Shown here piece after piece: positions 25,898 to 40,400 of a DNA stretch of 64,000 nucleotides. A program made the translations under genes and the position numbers. The stretch comes from Malacoraja senta. Lineage: Eukaryota. The notes under the pieces are model-generated. The model was not told the DNA's origin, did no database searches, and saw only the letters and a program-made list of their open reading frames with translations. Every line of letters begins with the position of its first letter. Position 1 is the stretch's first letter. Where the stretch lies: positions 2,668,001 to 2,732,000 of the forward strand of contig CM075996.1 of assembly GCA_038087875.1 (NCBI GenBank). Direction: 5' to 3'.

Positions 25898-27421
25898 TAC
25901 AAGATCAGACTTTTAATAAGTGTATGATGATATGATAGCATGTAAACAGGCCCTTTGGCCCACCAAGTCCGCGCCGACCAGAGATCACTACCACTATCCT
26001 AGACACACTAGTGGCAATTTAGAATTTTACCAAACCAATTCACGTCTTTGGAGTGTGGGTGGAATCCGGAAAACGCAGGTTATGGGGAGAACGTACAAAC
26101 TCCGTACAGACAGCACCCGTGGTCAGGGTCGAACCCGGGCCTCTGGCGCTGTGAGGCAGCAACAGGCAGCTGTGCCACCGTGCCGGCCTTTCATATTAGT
26201 GCTTTTTCTTAAAGGTGCTATAGAAATGAACATCCTGTTGTTGTGGGTAGACAAAAAATGCTGGAGAAACTCATCCATGGGATGCTGCGTCACCCGTTGA
26301 GTTTCTCCAGCATTTTTGTCTACCTTCGAATTTTTCCAGCATCTGCAGTTCCTTCACAAAACACCTTGTTGTTGCTGTGTGTGGGAAGGAACTGCGGACG
26401 CTGCTTTAGACCGAAGACAGACACAAAAAGCCAGAGCAACTCAGGCAGGCAGCATCTCTGGAGAGAAGGAATGGGTGACGTTTCGGGCCGAGGCCCTTGT
26501 TCAGACTGAGCCTGCTGTTGTTCAGACTCTTCGAATGCCCATTCGCCACTTCCTGCAGAGGTTTTGCGGCCTTTCAGACTAGTTTGGGAGGAAAAACACT
26601 CCTCATCTCAGCCCCGACCAACTCAAATTTGGAACATGTATACGAGGTGGTAGTTTAGAAGGTTCGGCTGGTGAGGGTCAGTGTAGGATTGAGTTCTGTA
26701 CATTGATCCACCAGTTGCATTGAATCCATTGCATTTCCTGCGCGTTTGGTTGCGGTAATGCAAAAACAAACCTCCTGACACCAACGTTTCCCCAGCGCTG
26801 TACATTTCCTGTGGTTGACACTAAGAAGAACTTAGATGCGGCCCAGAAAAAAAAAGACGTCTAGAGCAGTTCTTGTGCAGGAAGGAACTGCAGGTGCCGG
26901 TTTAAACCGGGGGATAGACTCAAAATGCCGGAGTAACTCAGCGGGACGGGCAGCATCTCCGGAGAGGAGGAATGGGCGACGTTTCGGGTCGGGATCCATC
27001 TTCAGACTGAGAGTCAGGGGAGATGGGAGGCACGGAGTTAAGGAAGGGCAAGGTGTGAAAACGGCAGATCAAAGCAGGCGAAGTTCCAGGAATCTGTAGC
27101 AGGGTTGATTGTTGGCTGAGGGGAAGGTGACAAGGGGGCTAGCAAACAGTAACATTCATCAGCAGGACAGTGAAACTGGTCGTAGGGGGCCATGGTGGGG
27201 GGGGAGGGACGGAGAGAGAGGGGAAGCAGAGGGTCCTGGAAGTTAGAGCATATTTCATACCGCCAGGTAGGCTGGCTCGAAGGGCCGAATGGCCATACTC
27301 CTGCACCTATTGTCTATCGTCTATCATAGTGGAGGTTTAGTTTTCAAGAGAGAGTTGGATTTAGCTCTTAGGGATAACGGAATCAAGGGATGTGGGGAAA
27401 AAGCAGGAACGGGGTACTGAT

Positions 27422-27766
27422 TGTAACCCGGCCGACTTGGGGTTTACTGAACATCCCGCGGTCCAGGCATAAGCTCAGGGGCGACCGCGCCTTTGCGGTT
27501 GCAGCTCCTAGACTGTGGAACAGCATCCCCCTTCCCATCAGAACTGCCCCCTCCATCGACTCTTTTAAGTCGAGACTTAAAACCCATCTCTACTCCCAAG
27601 CCTTTCTTGACGTCCTCTGAATGAGGGCTGTATGTATGTAGTGTGTTTGTATTTAATCTATGAACCACTGTTGTATAACGTTAGTATCTCCACCAATGTA
27701 ATACACTTTGGTCAACGAGAGTTGTTTTTTATATGTGCTGTAGAAATAAAAGTGACTTGACTTGAT
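27422..27766 (+). mobile_element. L2-type LINE 3' fragment (second copy about 41887-42125 -)
   Basis: IPRSRHKLRGDRAFAVAAPRLWNSIPLPIRTAPSIDSFKSRLKTHLYSQAF, then AATAAA and a (ttgac)n tail. Confidence 0.85.
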
Positions 27767-28204
27767 TTGATTGTGGATGAACAGCCATGATCATATCGAA
27801 TGGCGGTGTTGGCTCGAAGGGCCGAATGCTTATTTTTCTGGATCTGGATCTGGATGTAATACGCTGAAAAGCTCTAGGTAGATCACCACTCAGCACTATG
27901 ATGGGGGTGGACGTCCTAGTCTAGATGGAGATGCTTTTTAGGAGATGCATCTTTGTATGTGTTGCTGTTTTTGGAGATCTCTGATGCTGGCTGGTAGGGT
28001 ATTCCGATCCCTTGCTGGCTTGAAGAAAAAAACGAGTGAGAAAGTGCCGGTGCAGAATGAAATAATTTCCAGGCTGGTCGCTTCTGGTTGACATGCCTAC
28101 GGGCGCTTGGGTTAACTCGACGTGGGCCTCCATCTTTAAATCAATAGTGGTATTCTTGATCTAGTGGAATGTGGATGAACTTGCGATGAGTAGTAGGTGG
28201 ATCA

Positions 28205-28775
28205 AGATTCAAGAGTCAAGTGAGTTTATTGTCATGTGTCCCTGATAGGACAATGAAATTCTTGCTTTGCTTCAGCACAACAGAACATAGTAGGCATTGA
28301 CTACAAAACAGATCAGTGTGTCCATATACCATTATATAAATATATACACACATGAATAAATAAACTGATACAGTGCAAATAACAGATAATGGGCTATTAA
28401 TGTGCAGAGTTTTGTCCGAGCCAAGTTTAATAGCCTGATGGCTGTGGGGAAGTAGCTATTCCTGAACCTGGTCGTTGCAGTCTTCAGGCTCCTGTACCTT
28501 CTACCTGAAGGTAGCGGGGAGATGAGTGTGTGGCCAGGATGGTGTGGGTCCTTGATGATGCTGCCAGCCTTTTTGAGGCAGCGACTGCGGTAGATCCCCT
28601 CGATGGAAGGGAGGTCAGAGCCGATGATGGACTGGGCAGTGTTTACTGCTTTTTGCAGTCTTTTCCCGCTCCTGGGCGCTCAAGTTGCCGAACCAAGCCA
28701 CGATGCAACCGGTCAGCATGCACGACTCTACTGCGCACCTGTAGAAGTTCGAGAGAGTCCTCCTCGACATACCGA
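28205..28775 (-). mobile_element. Rex1/Babar-type LINE 3' fragment, second subfamily
   Basis: Minus strand encodes RSRCLKKAGSIIKDPHHPGHTLISPLPSGRRYRSLKTATTRFRNSYFPTAIRLLN. Confidence 0.75.
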
Positions 28776-29159
28776 CTCTCCGTCGGTGGTGTCGGATGAA
28801 GTTTAAGGTCCTTTATCGTGCTGGAGAGAGTGAGCTCTGCCACTATGTTTCTACGGTGCAGCAATAAGCAAGTCAGTAAGTAAGTTTATTGGCCAAGTAT
28901 TCACATACAAGGAATTTGCCTTGGTGCTCCGCCCACAAGTAACAACATGGCATACAGTGACAGATACGAATGACTCAGAAAACACTAAACATTAATAATA
29001 ATAAAACATTAATGATAAATCACCATCGATCAAGAATGTGAACCAGCAAAATACCAGATCAAAGGGAGGCTACAGATTTTTGGCTGTGGAGTAGAGCAAC
29101 TACTCGTGGATAAAAACTGTGTTTAATGGTCCACCCATTGAAATAAACAGTCCAATTGT

Positions 29160-29476
29160 TGATGAGTGGGCGGGAGGAAGGGCTAGGAGACAGGCAAGCA
29201 TGCTGGTCGTGATTGACTCCAGTTTGAACCAACCTGGTTGGAGATGTGTAGCCAAGAGGCCAATGCTGGTGGAGGCAAACTATCAAAGTTAGTTGGCCTG
29301 CAGCGCTGTTTGGGTGGTACCGGCTGAGAGCAACTTGCTTGGGATCTGTCTAATTTGCAGTCTCTCTCCCTCTCTACTCCTCTCATCCCCTTCCCGAGCT
29401 TTTAATTTTTTTTTTCTCTCCCCCCCCTCTTCGACTGAGACAGCCACCCGCAGACTTTGAAACCTCATCTGAAGAA
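29160..29476 (+). promoter_or_regulatory. Putative proximal promoter/5' UTR of the RAC2-like gene
   Basis: Non-repetitive stretch upstream of the ATG with GGGCGG directly followed by GAGGAAG (Sp- and ETS/PU.1-like motifs, about 29168-29180). Motif match only. Confidence 0.35.
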
Positions 29477-29511
29477 ATGCAGGCAATTAAATGTGTGGTG
29501 GTGGGGGATGG
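29477..29511 (+). CDS. RAC2: Rac GTPase (RAC2-like) coding exon 1
   Basis: ATG CAG GCA ATT AAA TGT GTG GTG GTG GGG GAT GG = MQAIKCVVVGD(G), 35 nt, followed by donor GTAAGT; canonical vertebrate Rac exon 1 size. Confidence 0.9.
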
Positions 29512-32500
29512 GTAAGTTGACTTCAAAATTTCTTTAAAAGTTTGTTTTAAAAAAAAGTTGGTAAAAAGTTTTCTCCCCCCCCCCCCCCTCCCCTGTGTTC
29601 TTGTTACTTAATCTTGAGGGGCAGTGGAAATTGGGGTGTCAATTCTTCTGACAAAAGAGATTTAAATTTGTATTTGTTTTGTCATGTTATATGTGTTGGA
29701 AGATGATCTTAAGAAAAATAATATCATCCTCTTCTGTTTCCCCTTTTCTCAGCAATTTCTGCTTGCGGTTACTCGATGACATTTACCCTCTCTTGTTACA
29801 AAAAAGAAAAATTCCCACTGTGTTTTTTAATGGGCTGGAAACAATTTCAAATTCTTTGTGTCTGAGTCCCCCCCTCTCTCTCTCCCTCTCCCTCTCTCTC
29901 TGTGTCTCTTTTTCCACATCTGTCTCTCTGGAGCGTATGTATTCATGCTCCTCATCTGTTTTTAATGACCGGATTAGACAGCGGATTAAAATACCCTGGC
30001 ACCGTTTGTCAGTTTAGAAATACTTGAGCAATTTTTTTTTCCCTTCTCTTTGGTGTTACAATAACGAAACTACAAGTGCGATTCGAAACGAGGTCACAGC
30101 CTCAGAATTAAAGGACGTTCTTTTAGGAAGGAGATGAGGAGGAATTTCTTTAGCCAGAGGGCGGTGAATCTGTGGAATTCTTTGCCACAGAAGGCTGTGG
30201 AGGCCAAGTCGGTGGATATTTTTAAGGCTGAGATAGATAGATTCTTGATTAGTATGGGTGTCAGGGGTTATGGGGAGAAGGGGGTTAGGAGAGAGAGAGA
30301 GATAGATCGGCCATCATTGAATGGCGGAGTAGACTTCATGGGCCGAATGGCCTAATTCTGCTCCTATCATCTTATAATTGCCTTATGCAGGTAATGCTTC
30401 TTACAGAGAGTGTTGGAGTGTTGGACTATCGGCTTCTGACAGAGAATGATATAAGGATCTAATACTACTGAAGGTAGACACAAAATGCTGGAGTAACTCA
30501 GCGGGATAGGCGGCATCTCTTGGGGGAGAAGGAATGGGTGACGTTTCGGGACGAGACCCGACCCGAAACGTCACCCGTTCCTTCTCTCCAGGGATGCTGC
30601 CCGTCCCACTGAGTTACTCCAGCATTTTGTGTGTCTATCTCCGGTTTGAACCGGCATTGGCAGTTCCTTCTTGCGTGTTTCGTCTGAAACTTCTGACGTA
30701 CTTGAGAATTGCAACACCCACCGACCCACACTCTTGGCTTCCAGAAAGTGAACTATCTTTTTCTGACATCCAACAAGTTTGGTTTTAAAAGCATGTGGTC
30801 GCAATATTTAAAAATCGCCTTCCCGTTTAGATTCTATGGACCTCGAGAAGGAGCGGGCGGGATCTGGTGGACATTTTAAAGAACCTATAACCTATAGACT
30901 ATAGGCGGATGTTAGGGTGAAAAGATTTTTGCACTTGACCAGAAGGAGTTGATTTGGATGGGTGTAAAAACCGAAAATCAATTTCTTCTTCACCTCCCCA
31001 CCCCCTCCTTCCTCATTTCCTGCCCCTTCGCCCAAGTCAATAGACAATAGACAATAGGTGCAGGAGTAGGCCATTTGGCCCTTCGAGCCCAGCACCACCA
31101 TTCAATGTGATCATGGCTGATCATCCCCAATCAGTACCCCGTTCCTCCCTTCTCCCCATATCCCCTGACTCCGCTATTTTTAAGAGCCCTATCTAGCTCT
31201 CTCTTGAAAGCATCCAGAGAACCTGCCTCCACCGCCCTCTGAGGCAGAGAATTCCACAGACTCACCACCCTCTGTGAGAAAAAGTGTTTCCTCGTCTCCG
31301 TTCTAAATGGCTTACTCCTTATTCTTAAAGTCCTCCCCCTCTCCCTCAAGTTCCTGTATCTCGCCCCCCCCCCCCATTCTGAGTGGTGTCCTTGAGTAGT
31401 ATTTAATTTCCTCTTATCCCCCAAGGATTCAGTTTAGTTTATTGTCACGTGTACCGAGGTACAGTGAAAAGCTTTTGTGCGTGCTAACCAGTCAGCGGGA
31501 AGACAATACATGATTACAATCGAGCCATTTACAGTGTACAGATACATGATAAGGAAATAATGTTTAGTGCAAGGTAAAGCAAGTAAAGTCTGATCAAGGA
31601 TAGCCCGAAGGTCACCAATGAGGTAGATAGTAGTTCAGGACTGCTCTCTGGTTGTGGTGGGATGGTTCAGTTGCCTGATAACAGCTGGGAAGGAACTGTC
31701 CCTGAATCTGCAGGTGTGTGTTAGTTTTCAAAACTTCTGTACCTCTTGCCCGATAGGAGAGGGGAGAAGAGGGAGTGGCCGGGGTGCGACTGGTCCTTGA
31801 TTATGCTGCTGGCCTTGCCGAGGCAGCGTGAGGTGTAGATGGAGTCAGTGGAAGGGAGGTTGGTTTGTGTGTGATGGTCTGGGCTGCGTCCACAATTCGC
31901 TGCGATTTCTTGCCCTCCCTTCCCCTTCCTTTATCTTCCCCTTCCCCCCATTCCCTCCCCCACAACCCCCCCCTCAAGTTCCTTACCACCCCCTCCCCAT
32001 TCTCAGTGCTGTCCCTGCGTAATATTTAATTTCCTCCCTCCCACCAACCCCCCTCCATCAAAATCCATTTCTCTCCTTGCACTTTATGGGGCCTTGGTGT
32101 GCGTAACTTTGCCCCTCTGATGTAACTTGCCCTGTCCCCCAAGGCTGTGGATGGGGAAAGATGTGGGCAAATGGGGCTAGAATGGATGGGGCATCTCAGT
32201 CTAGATGCGTTGGGCCGAATGGCCTGTTTCCATGCTCCATGACTCTGCGACTGTTCGAATCCTGAAGTGGTGAAATGCAAAATTATTATTATTTTTTTCT
32301 TTAATGTTTAATAGGTCTGTGTTAGCTGAACTAGGATGGTTTGTAACAAGATGGGACTTCTCCCCATCTGAGCTACTCCTCCCTGTGGACAGTGTATTGA
32401 GCAATGTTTAGGAATTGGATAGGGTGTTGGGTGATACGTGACCAACCATGAAGTTGTACAGCATGGAAACAGGCCCTTCGGCCCACCTTGTCCATTCTGG

Positions 32501-33181
32501 GCTAGCCCCATTTGGCCCATTGGACGAGAGGGGATCTTATTGAAACATGTGAGATTGTTAAGGGTTTGGTCACGCTAGAGGCAGGAAACATGTTCCCGAT
32601 GTTGGGGGAGTCCAGAACCAGGGGCCACACAATTTAAGAATAAGGAGTAAGCCATTTAGTATGGAGACGAGGAAACACTTTTTCTCACAGAGAGTTGTGA
32701 GTCTGTGGAATTCTCTGCGTCAGTGGAGGCCGGTTCTCTGGATACTTTCAAGAGAGAGCTAGATAGAGCTCTTAAAGATAGCGGAGTCAAGGGATATGGG
32801 GAGAAGGCAGGAACGGGGTACTGATTGGGGATGATCAGCCATGATCACATTGAATGGCGGTGCTGGCTCGAAGGGCCGAATGGCCTACTCCTGCACCTAT
32901 TGTCTATTGTGTATTGTGTATTGTGTATTGACTCTAAACCTTTCCCGTCCCTATTTCTGTCCAGATGTCTTTTACAAGTCATAACACCACCTTCAAAACG
33001 CTGAAGAAGGGTCCCACCCTGAAACAGCACCTATCCATGTTCTCCAAAGATGCCGCCTGGCCCGCTGAGTTACTCCAGCACACTGTGACTTTTTTTCTTT
33101 TTTTGCAAACCAGCATCTGCAGTTCCTGGTTCCCTCCAGAAGAAACTTGTTGTCAAGAGTGAGAGAGGGTGGAGGGGCAGT

Positions 33182-33716
33182 AGATACATAGATACATAGA
33201 AAATAGGTGCAGGAGTAGGCCATTCGGCCCTTCGAGCCTGCACCGCCATTCAATATGATCATGGCTGATCATCCAACTCAGTATCCCGTACCTGCCTTTC
33301 TCCATACCCCCTGATCCCTTTAGCCACAAGGGCCACATCTAACTCCCTCTTAAATATAGCCAATGAACTGGCCTCAACTACCCTCTGTGGCCGAGAGTTC
33401 CAGAGATTCACCACTCTCTGTGTGAAAAAGTTTTTCCTCATCTCGGTCTTAAAGGATTTCCCCCTTATCCTTAAGCTGTGACCCCTTGTCCCTGGACTTC
33501 CCCAACATCGGGAACAATCTTCCTGCATCTAGCCTGTCCAACCCCTTAAGAATTTTGTACGTTTCTATAAGATCCCCCCTCAATCTCCTAAATTCTAGCG
33601 AGTACAAGCCAAGTCTATCCAGTCTTTCTTCATATGAAAGTCCTGACATCCCAGGAATCAGTCTGGTGAACCTTCTCTGCACTCCCTCTATGGCTATAAT
33701 GTCCTTCCTCAGATTT
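33182..33716 (-). mobile_element. CR1-type LINE 3' fragment (same subfamily as 9272-9812)
   Basis: Near-identical reverse-complement copy with the same tail. Confidence 0.9.
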
Positions 33717-36700
33717 GCACTCCCTCTATGGCTATAATGTCCTTCCTAGACAAACTAGGAGCGCTGAGGATTCTGTGTGGTCATTCTGTGATCCTGGATG
33801 GGGTCACAGAATGACTACACATCTTTTCTGGAAGACAGACACATAAATGCTGTAGTAAAGGGCGTGTTCTTCAGTTCTTCAAAACTCCAAGTTCAGTCTG
33901 GTGGTGGAAGCAGACACAATAGTGGGATTTAAGAGGCGTTTGGATAGGCACACGGAGAGGCAGGGAACGGGAGGCATCTGGATCACATGCAGGCAGAGGA
34001 GAACAATTCATCTTGGCGTCATGTTCAGCACAGGCAATGTGGGCCGAAGGGCCTGTTTCTGTGCTGTACTGTTCTATGTGTAGGAAGGAACTGCAGATGC
34101 CTGGTTTACAACGAAGACAGACACAAAATGCTGGAGTAACTCAGCGGGGACGGCCAGGCAGCATCTCCGGAGAGAAGGAACGGGTGACGTTTGGGGTCGA
34201 GACCCTTCTTCAGACTGAGAGTCAGGGGAGAGGGAGACACAGAGATAGAGATGGTGATAATAGACAATAGACAATAGACAATAGACAATAGGTGCAGGAG
34301 TAGGCCCTTTGACCCTTCGAGCCAGCACCGCCATTCAATGTGATCATGGCTGTTCATCCCAATCAGTACCCCGTTCCTGCCTTCTCCCCATATCCCCTGA
34401 CTCCGCTATTTTTAAGAGCCCTATCCAGCTCTCTCTTGAAAGCATCCAGAGAACCTGCCTCCACCGCCCTCTGAGGCAGAGAATTCCACAGACTCACCAC
34501 TCTCTGTGAGAAAAAGTGTTTCCTCGTCTCCGTTCTAAATGGCTTACTCCGTATTCTTAAACCGTGTGTGGCCCCTGGTTCTGGACTCCCCCAACATCGG
34601 GAACATGTTTCCTGCCTCTAGCGTGTCCAAGCCCTTAACAATCTTTATATGTTTCAATGAGATTCCCTCTCATCCTTCTAAACTCCAGAGTGTACAAGGC
34701 CCAGCGTCTCCATTCTCTCAGCGTATGACAGTCCCGCCATCCCGGGAGTTTTACACTGTGGAGTGGTAGAACAAATGAATGAAAGATATCCAGAAAAGAA
34801 AAGATGATAAAGGAAACAGGCCCATTGTTAGCCGAGAACGAGTTACAGACCCGAAACGTCACCCGTTCCTTCTCTCCGGAGGTGCCTCCTGTCCCGCTGA
34901 ATTACTCCAGCACTTTGCCTCTATCTTGGGTGTAAACCAGCATCTGCAGTTCCTTCCTACGCATATGATCTCTGAAGAAGGGCGTGTTCTGATCTGAACG
35001 CAGTCGAAGGCAGGAAGTAGAAAATATTCAGCCTCATCCCCCCAATGATTAGATTTCCTTTGACACAATATTTCGCTTACAACCCGAATATTGACTTGTC
35101 TAACTTCAAGTAACTCTTGTCTCTCTCTCCATCCCCTCCCCCACCCGACTAGTTTCACCATCCTCCTGATTCATTTTACTGTGTCAACTTCCCCTCTGCC
35201 CACAATGAGCCATTCTACATTGCCTTGTACATCGTCTGCTTTGATCTGTCCTTTTCACACCTTGCCCCTCCATATCTCCAGTTTTCCCTTTCCCCTGACT
35301 CTCAGTCTGAAGATGGGTCTCGACCCGAAACGTCTCTCCAGAAATGCTGCCCGTCCCGCGCTGAGTTACTCCTGCATTTTGGTGTAAACCAGCATCTGCA
35401 GTTCCTTCCTACACAGGCTCGTTGAATTGGGGTGAGATGGTTGTAGCGTTGAGGGCGTGAGCTCCATCAGCCTCTAAACCCCAGTAGATAAGCAGACAGC
35501 TTGCCAGGAAGCTCACACTTCCGCCGAGACTAGGTACTGAGCTGCTTGCTGCCCCATGCATGCACACTTCTGCTTAATCCCTGCAGAAAACAAGCACTCG
35601 TTGCCTTTTCAGTTTTAAAAAAAAAAAAGCACCTTTCATCAACCCGAGAATGTCCCAAAGTACTTTTTTTTCCCATTTCAGTTCAGTTCAGTTTAGTTCA
35701 GAGATTCAGCGCAGAAACAGTCCCTTCTGCCCACCGAGTCCGCGCCGACCAGCGATCCCACACCGTCCCACACACACTGGGGACAATTTACAATTTTATA
35801 CCGAAGCCAATTTACCCACAAACCTGCACGTCTTTGCAGTGTGGGCGGAAACCGGGGCACCCGGAGAAAACCCACGCGGGTCACATGGAGAAGGTACAAA
35901 CTCCGTACAGACAGTACCAGTGGTCAGGATGGAACCCGGGTCTCTGGCGCTGTGAGGCAGCAACTCTACCCGCTGCGCCACCGTGACGCCCGATAATTCT
36001 CGGTGGTCCCCTTTGTGTTCACCATCGGGACCCAGTATTGTCCCTCTGTTGTCTTTTATCCTGTTGTGTAATGATAAACAGTACAGAAGCTCCAGCCTAG
36101 ATACCAACTTGAACAGACATCCCCATTTCCCTCATTTCACAACATATCTTTCGTTATATAAAATGCCCCAGCTTGTATAACAAACCACTGTGGTTTATAT
36201 GTATTGCCAATAAGCCGTTTGGCACAACTTGTCAGTTCCACACATGACCTGTCTATCGTTCAGTTTAATTTATTGTCACGTGTAACGAGGTACAGTGAAA
36301 AGCTTTTTTGTCGCGTGCTAACCAGTCAGCGGAAAGACAATGCAGGTTTAAGAAAGAACTGCAGATGCTGGAAAAATCGAAGGTAGACAAAAATGCTGGA
36401 GGAACTCAGCGGGCGAGGCAGCATCTATGGAGCGAAGGAAATAGGCGACGTTTTGGGGTCGAGACCCTTCTTCAGACTTAGAGTCACGGGGAAAGTGGAA
36501 CGTGAGATATAGACGGGACTTAAGAGGAATGAATGGAGGATACGCAGAAAGCAATGATGGTCAAGGAAATGTGTAGCACGCATTGGAACGGTGGCGCAGC
36601 GGTGAAGTCGCTGCCTCACGGCGCCAGAGACCCGGGTTCGATCCTGACTACGGGTGCTGTCTGTACGGAGTTTGTACCTTCTCCCACGTGGTTTTCTCCG

Positions 36701-37400
36701 AGATCTTCGGTTTCTTCCCACACTCCAAAGGCATGCAGGTTTGTAAGTTAATTGGCTTGGTATAGGTGTAAATTGTCCCAATAGTGTGTGTAGGATAGTG
36801 TTAGTGTGCGGGATCCGCTGGTCGGCACGGACTCGGTGGGCCGAAGGGCCTGTTTCCGTGCTGTATCTCTAAACTAAACTAATTGGCCATTGTCGGCCGT
36901 GGGATAGGGGATAACGAGTATACAGACAGAGGAACTCAACAGGACAACAGTAAAACTGGTATAGAAGTTGGGATGTATAAAATCATGAGAGGAATAGATC
37001 GGGTAGACTCACACAGTCTCTTGCCCAGGAGTAGGGGAATCGAGGACCAGAGGACACGGGTTTAAGGTGAAGGGGGAAAAGATTTAATCGGAATCTGAGG
37101 GGTAACATTTTCACACAGAGGGTGGTGGGTGTATGGAACGAGCTGCCAGAGGAGGTAGTTGAGGCAGGGACTATCCCAACGTTTAAGAAACAGTTAGTCA
37201 GGTACATGGATAGGATACGTTTGAAGTGATATGGACCAAACGCCGGCTGGTGGGACTGGTGTAGCTGGGACACGTTGGCCGGTGTGGGCAAGTTGGGCTG
37301 AAGGGCCTGTTTCCACGCTGTGGCTTAATTCCTTGTGTAGACAAAAATGCTGGAGAAACTCAGCGGGCGAGGCAGCATCTATGCAGCGAAGGAAATAGGT

Positions 37401-37428
37401 GACGTTTCGGGTCGAGACCCTTCATCAG
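37401..37428 (-). ncRNA. Minimal hammerhead-ribozyme-like motif in Penelope terminal repeat (representative of many copies)
   Basis: Minus strand reads CUGAUGA-A-GGG UCUCGA CCC-GAAAC GUC: both conserved hammerhead core boxes, a stem II and a palindromic ACGU minimal stem III. Stem I is weak. Confidence 0.5.
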
Positions 37429-40400
37429 TCTGAAGAAGGGTCTCGACCTGAAACGTCACCTATTCCTTCGCTCCATGGATGCTGCCTCACCCGCTGAGTT
37501 TCTCCGGCATTTTTGTCTACCTTCGATTTTTCCAGCATCTGCAGTTCCTTCTTAAAGATAAATAGTTCCTTGTGCATGTGCCTTTATTAACCTCGTGCTT
37601 ATCAAAGTCTCAGACGTGTCGAAGTGTTTCACTTCAACAATGTCCTCCAGACACTTGAGACAGTCATCTAATGAAGTGGCCTAGATAGTGAGCGGAAGAA
37701 GATTTGTTGGTCCGTGACAACAAACTTCAAATGGTGTATTCTGCAGAGAATCCCTTCAGGAATCCTTAACTGTAACCCCACCCCAGCACCTAAATAAGAC
37801 AAACAAGCTTGTTAAATCTTGCACGCAGATTCTGCTGCCTCTGGCCTGAAACACACGAGCTGATCAATGATTTATCCTTCCAAGAATTCTTATTGCACGT
37901 TTGGAGGCCCTTCAGCACATCAGGTCCATACTAGCTCTGTCTGTCTGATTCTGTGTGAAAGGAAAAAGATAGACGCAAGATGCTGGAGTAACTCAGCGGG
38001 ACGGGCAGCATCTCTGGAGAGAAGGAGTGGGTGACGTTTCGGGTCGAGACCCTTCTTCAGTCTTGACCCGAATAAGTCTTGAGGAAGGGTCTCGACCCGG
38101 AACGGCACCCATCCCTTCTCTCCAGAGATGCTGCCTGTCCCGCTGAGTTACTCCAGCTTTTTGTGTCTAACTCAGCAGTGTTTCCTGTTCAACATGTGTT
38201 GCTGTAAAGAGAAGTTCCCTAAACTTTTCCAACAAGTTTTAGGACTGAAGTCAGCTTACCCTGTGCGTTACAAACGCCCCGCCCACGTTTGAGTGGCCCT
38301 TTGCATACCAATTCTATTAGAAAATCTGACTTTTTTTCCCCTCGTGAACATACTGTAATGTTTAATTTTGTATTAAACTCTCTGTTTCGTTTGGCCAAAG
38401 GTAATGAACAGGATTTGTTTGGAATTATTTGCAGTCAGTTCATCCCTGGCAACTGTGGTACTATAAATCCCTGCTAAGGTCATCAGTGATAGGGGCAGAT
38501 TTAGGCCATTCGGCCCATCAAGTCTACTCCGCCATTCAATCATGGCTGGCCTATCTCACCCTCCTAACCCCATTCTCCTGCCTTCTCCCCATAACCCCCC
38601 GACACCCGCACTAACCTTCGTCTCCACACACTTGGGACCACAGTGTCACTGGGTTGGCAGATTTTCTAGATTATTTTGTAACATGAAGATTACATTTTAT
38701 ATCAATATCATTTAAGGGCATTAAAACCTCAACTGCCTGAAGCTGCTGCCTCACAGCGCCAGAGACCAAAGTTCAATTTAGACCTTGGGTGCTGTCTGCA
38801 CGGAGTTTGCAGGTTCTCCCCGGAGCTGTGTGGGTTTCCTCCAGGTGCTCCGGTTTCCTCCCACATCATAAAGACTTGCATTTGTGGGCCTCTGAAAATG
38901 TCGGGAGGCGCAGCGGTAGAGTTGCTGCCTCGCAGCGTCAGGGACCCGGGTTCGATCCTGACTACGGGTGCTGTCTGTACGGAGTTTGTACGTTCTCTTG
39001 GGGTTTTCCCCGAGATCTTCATTTTTCTCCCACACTCCAAAGACGTGCTGGTTTGTTGGTTAATTGGCTTGGTATAAATGTAGATTGTCCCTAGTGTGTG
39101 TAGGATAGTGTTAGTGTGCGGGGATCGCTGGCTGGCGCGGACCCTGTAAGCTAAAGGTGTAGTCCCAATCTTCCAACCTACCTCATTCCAGACCTTGCAC
39201 TTTTCCTCAGTAACTAAAGCTATAAAGCCGTAAAAAACGATCTTCTGCCCCCTGGTATTTTTCTCTGCGCTTTGCCTGTTGCTTGATCATACTTGTGTGT
39301 GTATGATTCGACTTGACTTACAGCGCATACAGTTTTTCACAGTATGTTTGGGACTCGTGACAATAATAAATGCACACAGAATAAATCCTCATGCCTTTTC
39401 CTCGACCTCTACCTGAAGGATGTGTGGGCGCAGCGGTAGAGTTGCTGCCTCACAGCGCCGGTTCGATCCTGACTCCCGGTGCTGTCTGTGTGGAGTTTGT
39501 ACGTTCTCCCCATGACCCAGGTGGGTTTTCTCCGGGTGCTCCGGTTTCCCCCCACACCCCAAAGACGTGCGGGTTTGTGGGTTAATTGTCTTCGGTGAAA
39601 ATTGTACATTGTCCCCAGTGTGTGTGTAGGATGGTGTTAGTGTGCGGGGATCGCTGGTCGGCACGGACTCGGTGGGGCCGAAGGGCCTGTTTCCTGTGCT
39701 GTATCTCTAAACTAAACTAATTGCCGCTGCTTCGAGGCAGTTCCAGAGGTTGTTTGAGCGTTCGTTCCAACCACACCTTATCTCCAACAGGAAGAAACTC
39801 GCTGTAAAACCACCCTGTTGCAACTTTTAAACTGACTGCTCTTCCGGCCAAAGGGGGGAAAGAGAGGGAAAAAACTGCCACTGCCATATCGAGGTTTAGT
39901 TTAGTTTAGACATACAGCGCGGAAACAGGCCCTTGGGCCCAACGAGTCCGCGCCGACCCGCAGTCCCCGCTCACTAACACTATCCTACACACACTCGGGA
40001 CACTCGGCACGGTGGCGCAGCGGTAGAGTTGCTGCCTTACAGCAAATGCAGCGCCGGAGACCCGGGTTCGATCCCGACCACGGGTGCTGCCTGTACGGAG
40101 TTTGTCCGCTCTCCCCGTGACCTGCGTGGGTTTTCTCCGGGATCTTCGGTTTCCTCCCACACTCCAAAGACGTGCAAGTATGTAGGTTAATTGGCTTGGT
40201 AAATGTAAAATTGTCCCTGGTGGGTATAGGATAGTGTTCAGTGTAAACTAAAAAAAAAGTTACAATTTTACCAAGCCATCTCTTTGATGCTTTCAAGAGA
40301 GAGCTAGATAGGGCTCTTAAAAATAGCGGAGTCAGGGGATATGGGGAGAAGGCAGGAACGGGGTACTGATTGGGGATGATCAGCCATGATCACATTGAAT

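Noticed and set aside
25215..25941. Cys/Val/Tyr- and His/Thr-rich ORFs (also 17373-17923)
   Set aside because: Microsatellite translations.
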